Notes under the pieces: generated by a model | What the model was told of the DNA's origin: nothing | The model's input: the letters and a program-made list of their open reading frames with translations, nothing else | Database searches by the model: none | Assembly: GCA_965371515.1 (NCBI GenBank) | Contig: CBDUYR010000019.1 | Location: 1-52,757 of the forward strand | Direction: 5' to 3' | DNA from: an uncultured bacterium | Lineage (GTDB): Bacteria; Krumholzibacteriota; Krumholzibacteriia; Krumholzibacteriales; Krumholzibacteriaceae | DNA: 52,757 bases | In this document: in pieces, positions 19,037 to 27,581 of the stretch | How positions within the stretch are numbered: the first letter of the stretch is position 1 | Layout of the letters: each line of letters starts with the position of its first letter | Program-made: the position numbers and the translations under genes

Positions 19037-20562
19037 TGGCGGTGTCCGTCACGAGAAGGGATATCGCGATAGTCGCCGCGTGTGTCGCCGTTTTCGCCGC
19101 TGCGGGGATCCCGGTCGCCGGATCGATGATCGACGATACCTATATCCACATGCAGTACGCGCGGAACCTCGCCGAGGCGGGAGAGCTCTCGTTCAACAGG
19201 GGGGATCCGTCGTACGGCGCCACGAGCCCTCTCTGGGTCGGGATACTTGCCCTCGTCCATCTAGCCGGCGGGGACCTCGCCACGTGGTGCCGCGTGATCT
19301 CCCGGGCGGCCGGAGCCCTCTCGATAGTGCTGATCTACTTCTTTGTCATGAGACTCGACGGCAGGCGGCTGGTAGCCGGAGCCGCCGCTGCCGTGCTGGC
19401 GTGCGAGGCCTGGCTGCTGAGGTGGAGCGCGACAGGGATGGAATCCTCGCTCGCACTGCTGACCGCCCTCGCCTGTCTCTTCGCCGGCGTCATGGCGTCG
19501 CGCTCGGCGAGAAGCAACGCTCTGTTCGGGCTGCTCCTCTTTCTCGCCTGCATGGTCAGGCCTGAAGCGGGGCTGATGGTTCCGGCGGCCATCGTATCCT
19601 TCGCCCTGGTCGAACGGTCGACCCCGCTGCGCAGGCGCTTCCTCTGGCTTCTCGTGTTTTCCGTACTGATGACGGGATGGCTGCTCCTCGTACACTCGCA
19701 TACCGGAACCTTCCTGCCGCTTACCGCCGGCGCCAAACAGGGGAGGCCCGCCCTGGGGACGGGCATGCTGGTATCCGCACTCGTTCAATTGAAGATAATC
19801 GGGGCGACGCTCCTGCTTCCGGCCGCCGCGGCCGCGGTTTTCATCGCTGCCGGCATGGTGCGCGACAGAAAACTTTTCGACGGGGGGAACGGACTGTCGA
19901 GGGGAGGTCTTCTTCTCCTGCTTCTCTGGGTTTTTCTCCTTCCCGCCGTCTACGTGATATTTGATTTCCATGTCCTGTCGAGATATCTCCTGCCCGTCAT
20001 TCCGGCAATAGTGGCCGTAGGGATCGTGGGGGCGGCGAGGCTGCTCCGCAACGCCCGCCGCAGGACAATGCGGACGGTGATCGTCCTGATCGCCGGCGCG
20101 ACGATGCTGCAGAGCCTTGTCTTCTATCTCACAGTCGTGGTAAGTCCGACGCGGGAGTTCTCCAGGGGGCTCGAGGAGGTGCTCGTGCCGATGGGCTGCT
20201 GGCTGGCTGAGAACTCACCGCCCGGCTCGGTCGTCGCTTCTCCAGACATCGGCGCAATAGGGTATTACTCCGAGAGGGAGGTGCTGGATCTCGGAGGCCT
20301 GGTGACTCCCGAGATAAACGAAATGCGCAGCAGGATCGATGTCGAGAGGATAATCGACGAGGGCCTCTACCTAGATCTCGGAGCCGATTATCTTGTCGAC
20401 CGGCACCGTGTGCCGAGGCGTTTCGAAGGGACTGTGATCCGGGGCGTACGGTTTACCGCGCTGACCGGCGGAATCGTGTCGAATCTCGGGATCCGCAAGC
20501 CCGACCCCGTGACATACGTTTTATACCGGCTCGAGCCGGTGCGGCAGGGGGAGGGAAGATGA
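19036..20562 (+). CDS. GT-C membrane glycosyltransferase (DD motif after TM1; GT39/PMT_2-like)
   Basis: IDDTYIH..YARNL.E.G...FN.....G.TSPLW, GME, RPE, RYLLP, DIGAIGYYS...D..GL. Multiple TMs. Confidence 0.75.
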   Translation: MAVSVTRRDIAIVAACVAVFAAAGIPVAGSMIDDTYIHMQYARNLAEAGELSFNRGDPSYGATSPLWVGILALVHLAGGDLATWCRVISRAAGALSIVLIYFFVMRLDGRRLVAGAAAAVLACEAWLLRWSATGMESSLALLTALACLFAGVMASRSARSNALFGLLLFLACMVRPEAGLMVPAAIVSFALVERSTPLRRRFLWLLVFSVLMTGWLLLVHSHTGTFLPLTAGAKQGRPALGTGMLVSALVQLKIIGATLLLPAAAAAVFIAAGMVRDRKLFDGGNGLSRGGLLLLLLWVFLLPAVYVIFDFHVLSRYLLPVIPAIVAVGIVGAARLLRNARRRTMRTVIVLIAGATMLQSLVFYLTVVVSPTREFSRGLEEVLVPMGCWLAENSPPGSVVASPDIGAIGYYSEREVLDLGGLVTPEINEMRSRIDVERIIDEGLYLDLGADYLVDRHRVPRRFEGTVIRGVRFTALTGGIVSNLGIRKPDPVTYVLYRLEPVRQGEGR

Positions 20563-21392
20563 CCGCTTCAGGCCCCTGCCTCAGGATGGAGGACCTTCCG
20601 GAGCCCGTGATCCCCGCCGGCATACCGGAGGACCGGATGCCGAGCCTGCTCGAGAACTGGTTTCTCGGCTCAAAGGCGAAGAGATGGCTCAGCCGCAGGC
20701 GTTTTGTGACGGTGACCGGCATGCTTCCCGCCGGAGATGGGCGGAGGGCTCTCGACGTCGGTTGCGGATGGGGATACAACCTCTTTCTCCTCGGCCAGCG
20801 CGGATACGAGCCGTACGGGATCGATATCGTGCAGAACGATTTTGCCGCGGCCTCCATGATCGCAAGGGCAAACGGCGCGGAGGCCGGGTTGTGCGGCGCC
20901 GACATGAGCGCTCTTCCATTCGGAGACGGGACGTTTGCCGCGGTCACTGCCGTGGAGACGTTCGAACATATCTTTCATCCCGATCGCCCCGCGGCCGTAC
21001 GTGAGGCGATGCGAGTGCTGATGCCCGGAGGCGTGCTCGTTCTCTCGACGCCCAACTACTACTCGATCGTCGAGGCCGGCAAGCGTATCGTCACCCTCAT
21101 GCCGTTCCTCAAGGGGGCGCTCCCGGGGATGTGCTATCCCGTCGGCGACGTTGAACGAAGCGACTACCATCCGTACAGCTATCACAGGCCGTCGCCCGCC
21201 GGAGAGATCCGGTCCCTTCTCGAAAGTGAGGGATTCGAGGTCACTGGTATGAAGAGGATAATCTTCGTGCTGAAGAACGTGCCCGATGGCCTCTTTCCCG
21301 TCGCAAGGGCACTGGAGGGGACCATGGAGTGCCTTCCCCCGGTCAGCCTGCTGGCCTCGACCCTCGTCGTGCGGGCCGGAAGACCCCTGTAG
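20559..21392 (+). CDS. class I SAM-dependent methyltransferase
   Basis: LDVGCGWG, GID, AD...LPF.D.TF, ETFEH, RVL.PGG.L.LSTPN. Confidence 0.9.
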   Translation: MTASGPCLRMEDLPEPVIPAGIPEDRMPSLLENWFLGSKAKRWLSRRRFVTVTGMLPAGDGRRALDVGCGWGYNLFLLGQRGYEPYGIDIVQNDFAAASMIARANGAEAGLCGADMSALPFGDGTFAAVTAVETFEHIFHPDRPAAVREAMRVLMPGGVLVLSTPNYYSIVEAGKRIVTLMPFLKGALPGMCYPVGDVERSDYHPYSYHRPSPAGEIRSLLESEGFEVTGMKRIIFVLKNVPDGLFPVARALEGTMECLPPVSLLASTLVVRAGRPL

Positions 21393-21457
21393 AGCTCCCC
21401 GTCTCAGTGATTCCGCGAACCTTTCGATCGTCTGCTGAGCGCTTCCTCTGTTTGCCT

Positions 21458-21482
21458 GTGGGAAGAGGTGGGAGAGGGGGGT
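21458..21482 (+). promoter_or_regulatory. upstream MraZ-box-like direct repeats
   Basis: GTGGG at 21458 and 21468 (10-bp period) and a degenerate G-run at 21478, just upstream of TTGACA at 21497. Confidence 0.5.
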
Positions 21483-21583
21483 AAAAACGCAAAAAATTGA
21501 CATCATTTCACACAGTTTCCATAACTCCTTATATAGCATAAGATTAAAATGCGGCAAAATCGCCGCCCCCGTGATATTTCCTC

Positions 21584-21626
21584 TTGACACTGTGGGACGT
21601 AGTGGGGTAAAGTGGGTCGAAATGGA
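21584..21626 (+). promoter_or_regulatory. dcw promoter with MraZ operator
   Basis: TTGACA (21584-21589), 18 nt, TAAAGT (21608-21613). It is overlapped by GTGGG at 21592, 21602 and 21612 and ATGGA at 21622, all on a 10-bp period. Confidence 0.8.
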
Positions 21627-21724
21627 GAGGTAAGTCCCCTAAATGTAGAAATTGTCACAGCCGGCGCCAACCGATATTTCCGGCCGTGAGGTGGGACGGG
21701 GGAAGGGCCTCTGAAAGGCCGGAG

Positions 21725-22159
21725 ATGCAGAATTTTCTTGGAGATTTCGAATGCACGATCGACGCGAAGGGCCGTCTCATGGTCCCCGCGAAGTTCAGGC
21801 ATCTGGTGCCGGAAGCATCCTCGGGGATGTACGTCATATCGATGGGCAAGGAACGGTGCCTCAACCTCTACCCGCTCAACGAATGGAACGAGGTAGTCGT
21901 CAGAGAGCTGCACAAACTTTCGCCAGGTCCTGAGAAGAGGAACTACATAAGGTTCTACAGTAAAAAATCAAGGACGCTCAACCTCGACAAATCGGGCCGG
22001 ATCGCGATTCCGTCCGTTATGTTCGAGGCGCTGGGCAGTCCGAAGAAAGTAATGGTCGTCGGAGTCCTCAATTACATCGAGATCTGGTCGATAGAGGACT
22101 ACGAGAAGGTCAGCCGTGAGGCGGATGATACCTTCCGCGACGGAGACTGGGAATACTAG
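21725..22159 (+). CDS. mraZ: division/cell wall cluster repressor MraZ
   Basis: FLG.F...IDAKGRL.VP.KFR, LD.SGRI.IP, VVGV...IEIW. First gene of the dcw cluster. Confidence 0.93.
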   Translation: MQNFLGDFECTIDAKGRLMVPAKFRHLVPEASSGMYVISMGKERCLNLYPLNEWNEVVVRELHKLSPGPEKRNYIRFYSKKSRTLNLDKSGRIAIPSVMFEALGSPKKVMVVGVLNYIEIWSIEDYEKVSREADDTFRDGDWEY

Positions 22160-22176
22160 GAAGGCGGGGAGCAGGG

Positions 22177-22578
22177 ATGAAAGTCTACCGGACCGATCGC
22201 GACGGCATAGAGGTCCTGAGGATCTCAGGCATCATCGACAGCAGCGATGTCGAGATGCTCGTCAGTCACGTCGGTTCGGCCTCGATCGCATCTGGTGGAT
22301 GCTGCATCCTCGACTTCGCCGGCGTACGTCATGCCGACTACAGGGTATTCCAGTCACTCGAAAGGCTGATCGACAGGAGCCCCGGGGTCATCTTCAGCGG
22401 ATTCAACGACTATCTCCTCAGTATCTTCGTTTTCGTAAGCAGTACGAAGATGGCCCCCGTTTTTTCTGACTGGAGGAAGGCCTTCAGGTACCTGAAGGTC
22501 AAAAGAGGAAAGCTGGGCATGTACGCCGCCGGACAGCCGGTAACGGGATGCAGCCCGTCGGAGGTGGACGGCAGGTGA
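22177..22578 (+). CDS. STAS-like (anti-sigma-factor antagonist fold) protein
   Basis: I.VLRISGIID, ILDF.GV..D and YL..IF pattern of STAS domains. Stop overlaps the rsmH GTG start. Confidence 0.65.
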   Translation: MKVYRTDRDGIEVLRISGIIDSSDVEMLVSHVGSASIASGGCCILDFAGVRHADYRVFQSLERLIDRSPGVIFSGFNDYLLSIFVFVSSTKMAPVFSDWRKAFRYLKVKRGKLGMYAAGQPVTGCSPSEVDGR

Positions 22579-23486
22579 TACATACACCTGTCCTGGTCGA
22601 TGAGGTTGTGAGGTTTCTGATGACAGGAAGGGAAGGGACATACATCGACGGAACGGTTGGGACGGGGGGACACGCCGAGGCGATCCTCGAGACCGGCGGC
22701 GAAGGCATCGAGCTCATCGGAATCGACCGGGACCCCAGGGCCCTGGCGGCCGCTGCCGAAAGGCTCGAGAGGTTCGGTGACCGCGTCAGGCTCGTTCGAG
22801 GCAATTTCTCCGACATATCCAAGCATCTGGGCGGTGAGAGGTGCGAGGGAGCCCTTCTCGATCTCGGCATCTCGTCCCTCCAGATAGCCGACGGGGACCG
22901 CGGATTCAGCTATCTCGCGGACGGCCCGCTGGATATGGCGATGGGTCCGGATGACGGAAACGTCCAGGCCCTGCTCGATACAGTCTCCGAAAGGGAACTG
23001 GCGGGAATAATACGCAAATACGGAGAAGAGCGCAGGAGCCGGGCGATCGCCCGGGAGATCGTCAGGGAACGATCCGGCGGGCAAATCGAGCGTACGGCAA
23101 GGCTCAGGGCGGCAATCGAAAGGGTCGTGCCCGCGAGGAACGCTGTCTCGACGCTCGCCCGCGTCTTTCAGGCGCTGAGGATCTGGGCGAACAGGGAGCT
23201 CGAAGCGCTCACGGCGTTTCTTCCCGAAGCCCTCGAGCTCTGCACGCCTGGCGGAAGGCTCGTCCTGATCAGTTACCACTCGCTCGAGGACAGGATAGTG
23301 AAGAGATTTTTTCAAGCCGAGGAAAAGGGCTGTACCTGCCCTTCCGATTTTCCGGAATGCGTCTGCGGAAAAGAACCCCGGTTGAGAGTCCTCACCAGGC
23401 GCCCCATAGTCGCTGGTGAGGAAGAGGTATCGGAGAATCCAAGAGCGCGAAGCGCCAGGCTGCGCGCTGCCGAACGGCTGGGGTGA
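22575..23486 (+). CDS. rsmH: 16S rRNA m4C1402 methyltransferase RsmH
   Basis: HTPVL, DGTVG.GGH, DLGISSLQ, RGFSY, PLDM, FQALRI, ISYHSLEDRIVK, NPRARSA.LR. Confidence 0.96.
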   Translation: MIHTPVLVDEVVRFLMTGREGTYIDGTVGTGGHAEAILETGGEGIELIGIDRDPRALAAAAERLERFGDRVRLVRGNFSDISKHLGGERCEGALLDLGISSLQIADGDRGFSYLADGPLDMAMGPDDGNVQALLDTVSERELAGIIRKYGEERRSRAIAREIVRERSGGQIERTARLRAAIERVVPARNAVSTLARVFQALRIWANRELEALTAFLPEALELCTPGGRLVLISYHSLEDRIVKRFFQAEEKGCTCPSDFPECVCGKEPRLRVLTRRPIVAGEEEVSENPRARSARLRAAERLG

Positions 23487-23539
23487 CCCGCACCCGACAG
23501 GCTGCCCGCGGTGAGTGCGGGCGGCGGAGAGGATCTGAG

Positions 23540-23968
23540 ATGAAGGCAGGATACAGATATATCGATCATCTGTCGATGATAGTGAAAAGGGCCCTTGAAG
23601 GAAAGATGGGGCCGTTCAACTTTCTCCTCATCCTGGGCTTCTTTTCGAGCCTCGTACTTCTCTATATCTCGCTGACCGTGCATCTCGACGGGATCTCGAT
23701 GCGGATCGAGGAGGGAATAAGACAGAGGCAGGCGCTCATGGGCGAGAAGAACCGCCTGATTTTGCGCAAGAACGAACTCGAAGCGGCCGACCGGATAATC
23801 CCCATGGTGATCGACGACGGGATGTATCCGGGAACGTCGGATCAGATACACAGGATCGCCTATTGCGAACCCGGTGATATGACAGAGAGAGACAGAGCCC
23901 GTTGGGCCTTGAGGGGTGGAGAGGGCGGACTCCCTTCCACCCCGGTGGGAGTACCGGAGAGCAGATGA
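23540..23968 (+). CDS. ftsL: FtsL-like cell division protein
   Basis: Lies between rsmH and ftsI; one TM followed by a coiled coil (EKNRLILRKNELEAADRI). Confidence 0.65.
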   Translation: MKAGYRYIDHLSMIVKRALEGKMGPFNFLLILGFFSSLVLLYISLTVHLDGISMRIEEGIRQRQALMGEKNRLILRKNELEAADRIIPMVIDDGMYPGTSDQIHRIAYCEPGDMTERDRARWALRGGEGGLPSTPVGVPESR

Positions 23969-26076
23969 TGTCGCGATTTTCAAACTGGCGGATAAACATG
24001 GTCGTGGTACTGTCATTTGTCGCCGTCTGCGCGATCTTTCTCCGGATCGTCCATGTCCAGATCTTTAACCATGAGGATATCAGAGAAGATAGACCGGAAC
24101 GGGGCCTCACGATGGCCCACCGGGGTAACATCTTCGATCGCAACGGCCTGCCGCTGGCCGTTACACACAGGACTTACGTTCTTGGCGTCACCCCCCGGGA
24201 CCTTCCTGACGATGACGATAAGCTCGAGGTTCTCTCCGGCGCCGCCTCGATTCCAAGGTTGTCTATTCGCCGTCTCCAGAAACGGGATGACACCTACATA
24301 CGGATCGCCAGGAAGGTCTCGCTCTCCTCTCAGCAGGAGAAAATACTTTTATCGATGTCGGGAGTCAAACTCGATCCCGATCCCGAGCGGATAAATCCGT
24401 TCCACTGCATGACTCCTTCGCTTCTCGGCTCGGTCGGCTCCGACGGCTCGGGAACGGGAGGGGTCGAGCTTTCGTTCAGCGAGCTTCTCAGGGGCACCGA
24501 CGGATGGAAGGTTCTCAGCAGGGATGCGAAAGGCAGGGTTTACCGACGCACGGATGCGCCCGGGCGAAGCCCGGAAAACGGCCACGATCTCTATCTTACG
24601 ATCGACTCAAGGATCCAGGCGATAGTCGATTTCGAGCTCGAACAGGCCGTTGTGAAATACGGTGCGGCCTCGGGCGCAGCCGTCGTTGTCGACCCGTGGA
24701 CGGGCGAGATATATGCGCTGGCCGAGAAGAAAGGCTCGAAGGTGGGGAACGTAAAGATTGCGGGGGGGCTCTATTCAACGAGCTGTATCTACGAGCCGGG
24801 TTCGACCTTCAAGTTGATAACAAATGCCTACCTCCTCGACAGGGGTGAGCTGGATGCGTACAACGTCTTCTACGGCGAGCAGGGCGAGGCCGATTTCTGG
24901 TTCGGGAAATTCAGGGACGACCACAAGTTCGGCTGGCTGACCGTAAAGGAAGCTTTCAAGAAATCGAGCAATATCTGCACGATCAAGGCTGCCATGAACA
25001 CCGACAAGGAGGATTTCTATTCGTTCCTCCTTCGGTTCGGTTTCGGGAGCAGGACCGGGATCAATCTGCCCGCCGAATCGGCCGGGACCCTCAGTAAGCC
25101 GGAAGACTGGTCGGGAAGGTCGCTTCCCAGCATGGCGATCGGGCAGGAGATCGGTGTGACCGTGCTCCAGATGGCGATGGCATACTGTGTGGTAGCGAAC
25201 GGTGGAGACCTCATGGTCCCGCGGATCGCACACGAGGTGAGGGATTCCGAGGGAGAACTGGTGAGGGAATTCAGTCCCGTCAGGGTCAGAAAGGTGATCT
25301 CTCCGGGTACGGCGAGGACGCTCAGAGAGTTCTGCCGCGGCGTCGTAGTAGACGGAACGGGCGTCAATGCCGCCGTCGATGGGATCAAGGTGGCCGGCAA
25401 GACGGGAACGGCCCAGGTGGCCGACGGCTCCGGATATCTGAAGAATACGTGGATAGCGAGCTTCGCCGGATTCGTTCCCGCAGACAAACCGAGGTTTGTC
25501 TGCATGGTCGTACTCAACGAGCCCGCATTCAAATGGCACTACGGCGGATCATCTTCGGCCGTAGTCTTCAGCGAGATAGTCGAGGGCATCAATCTCGCTT
25601 CCGATCTTCTCGCCCCCGAGGGGGAACCCGTCGATCCGACGCGCCCTCCGGACGACATGATCGCCGTGCCGAGTTTCTTCAGGCTCAGATGTGCCGAGGC
25701 CGTGCAGCTCGCCAGTGACTGCGATCTGAATGTCGACTTTTCCAGTGACGAGGGGGAGGTCTATTCGCAGATACCTGGTCCCGGCACCCTTGTAAAGAAG
25801 GGCGAGTGGGTAAGCCTCTCGTTCATCTCCGGCGGCGACAGGAAAGAATCGGGAGTAGCTGTGCCTGACCTCAGAGGCCTCTCGATCAGGCAGGCAAGGC
25901 GCATGCTCATCGAATCGGGCCTCAGGAGCAGGATCGCCGGTTCCGGGACGGTCCTGAAGCAGGATCCGGCGCCTGGCCGCAAGGTGTCGAGAGGAAGCAC
26001 CATATCGATCCGATGCGGCACGTCGAGAAAGAGAGAAGGTGGCGGATTGGCTCTCGCTGGAGGGGCTGCAAGGTGA
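23965..26076 (+). CDS. ftsI: class B penicillin-binding protein FtsI with two C-terminal PASTA domains
   Basis: RG.I.DRNG, YEPGSTFK (SxxK), KSSN (SxN), AGKTGTAQ (KTG). PASTA repeats VPSF...QIPGPG and VPDLRG...QDPAPG. Confidence 0.93.
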   Translation: MMSRFSNWRINMVVVLSFVAVCAIFLRIVHVQIFNHEDIREDRPERGLTMAHRGNIFDRNGLPLAVTHRTYVLGVTPRDLPDDDDKLEVLSGAASIPRLSIRRLQKRDDTYIRIARKVSLSSQQEKILLSMSGVKLDPDPERINPFHCMTPSLLGSVGSDGSGTGGVELSFSELLRGTDGWKVLSRDAKGRVYRRTDAPGRSPENGHDLYLTIDSRIQAIVDFELEQAVVKYGAASGAAVVVDPWTGEIYALAEKKGSKVGNVKIAGGLYSTSCIYEPGSTFKLITNAYLLDRGELDAYNVFYGEQGEADFWFGKFRDDHKFGWLTVKEAFKKSSNICTIKAAMNTDKEDFYSFLLRFGFGSRTGINLPAESAGTLSKPEDWSGRSLPSMAIGQEIGVTVLQMAMAYCVVANGGDLMVPRIAHEVRDSEGELVREFSPVRVRKVISPGTARTLREFCRGVVVDGTGVNAAVDGIKVAGKTGTAQVADGSGYLKNTWIASFAGFVPADKPRFVCMVVLNEPAFKWHYGGSSSAVVFSEIVEGINLASDLLAPEGEPVDPTRPPDDMIAVPSFFRLRCAEAVQLASDCDLNVDFSSDEGEVYSQIPGPGTLVKKGEWVSLSFISGGDRKESGVAVPDLRGLSIRQARRMLIESGLRSRIAGSGTVLKQDPAPGRKVSRGSTISIRCGTSRKREGGGLALAGGAAR

Positions 26077-27551
26077 GGCTCGAGCATCTGCTGGCAAAGA
26101 TAGATGTTACGTCGCGTCACGAATGGCGCGACGTCGAGATAAAAGGTATATCGACCGACTCGAGGTCGATAACCGAGGGAGACCTGTTCGTGGCGGTCAG
26201 AGGGCACGATGCAGACGGCCACGATTACATCGGTCAGGCGGTAAATGCGGGTGCGGCGGCGCTTGTCGTCGAAAATCCGGTCGAAGCAGACATTCCCGTT
26301 GTAGTCGTTGATAACAGTTCGGCGGCTGAGGCGTCGCTCGCCCGCGTTTTTTACGGAGACCCATCGTCGAAGGTGATGCTTGTCGGCGTTACCGGTACGA
26401 ATGGAAAGACCTCCACGGCTTTCATCCTTCAATCGATACTGCAGAGGTCGCACGGGCCTACGGGGATCATCGGCACGGTAGGGTTCGGAGCCGGGGGAGA
26501 CCTGCAGGCGGCGACCCATACAACGCCTTCGTCGTCGGAGCTGAACAGGATAATGGCCGGCTTCGTCGACAGGGGATGCAGGGCGGTCGTTATGGAGGTC
26601 AGCTCGCATGCGGCGGCCCAGGGCAGGATAGACGGGCTCGAATTCGACATCGGCGTCTTCACGAACATATCGAGAGACCACATGGATTATCACGAGAATC
26701 TGAAAAACTATATAGAGGCGAAGGAGACTTTTGTCCGCACACTGGCCGCACCGGGGAGAGTGAAGGGACCGGGGACGCTCGTCTACAACATCGATGACGG
26801 GAACGTGAGGAAGGTAGGAGAGAGATTCACCGGGCCGAAGATAGCCTTCGGGACCTCGGACAGGGCCGCTTTCAGATGCGAGGACCTTACCGCGGATCTG
26901 TCGATGACGAGGTTCAGGATAACCGCTGCCGGTTTTGATCTCCCCGTGGACCTGCGGCTGCTCGGGAGTTTCTCCGCGCTGAACGCGCTTGGCGCGGGGG
27001 CGGCGGCTCACGCGGCGGGAGCTGACAGGGAAGCGATCGCCGGAGGCCTGTCCGATATTGACGAGGTACCTGGAAGGTTCCATCTCGTTCACTCCGACGG
27101 TGGGCCGACGGTGATAGTGGATTACGCGCACACACCCGATGCTCTCGAGAAACTCCTTCTCTTCTGCCGGGAGCTGTCGCCCGCAAGGCTCGTGACGGTC
27201 TTCGGCTGCGGCGGTGACCGCGACCGCGGGAAGAGGCCCATGATGGGAAAGGCGGCCGCTGAACTGAGCGAAATGGTCTACGTGACGAGCGACAATCCGA
27301 GGACGGAGGATCCCGATGCGATCATCCGTGACATACTCGAGGGGATGTCGGGGACAGAAACTCCACTCGAGGTGATTTCGGACAGGGGCGAGGCGATAAG
27401 AATGGCGATCGGATCGTCGGCGGAAGGCGACATCGTCGTCCTTGCCGGCAAGGGACACGAGGACTACCAGGTGCTCGCCCACGGCAGCATACATTTCAGC
27501 GATATAGAGGAAGCGGAAAAGGCGCTCGCCGGCGAGGCGAGCCGAAGATAA
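26073..27551 (+). CDS. murE: UDP-MurNAc-dipeptide--meso-DAP ligase MurE
   Basis: GVTGTNGKTS, MEVSSH, DHMDYH, DYAHTPDA, FGCGGDRD..KR, DNPR (meso-DAP specificity motif), AGKGHE. Confidence 0.96.
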   Translation: MRLEHLLAKIDVTSRHEWRDVEIKGISTDSRSITEGDLFVAVRGHDADGHDYIGQAVNAGAAALVVENPVEADIPVVVVDNSSAAEASLARVFYGDPSSKVMLVGVTGTNGKTSTAFILQSILQRSHGPTGIIGTVGFGAGGDLQAATHTTPSSSELNRIMAGFVDRGCRAVVMEVSSHAAAQGRIDGLEFDIGVFTNISRDHMDYHENLKNYIEAKETFVRTLAAPGRVKGPGTLVYNIDDGNVRKVGERFTGPKIAFGTSDRAAFRCEDLTADLSMTRFRITAAGFDLPVDLRLLGSFSALNALGAGAAAHAAGADREAIAGGLSDIDEVPGRFHLVHSDGGPTVIVDYAHTPDALEKLLLFCRELSPARLVTVFGCGGDRDRGKRPMMGKAAAELSEMVYVTSDNPRTEDPDAIIRDILEGMSGTETPLEVISDRGEAIRMAIGSSAEGDIVVLAGKGHEDYQVLAHGSIHFSDIEEAEKALAGEASRR

Positions 27552-27581
27552 GACGGATCAGCATCTGTCTGGAGGGTTGAC

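Noticed and set aside
21458..21626. GTGGG repeats as a CRISPR array or tandem repeat
   Set aside because: Five-bp units at a 10-bp period upstream of mraZ fit MraZ boxes; there are no spacers or cas genes.
25761..27494. 577-aa minus-strand ORF
   Set aside because: Antisense shadow of ftsI and murE.
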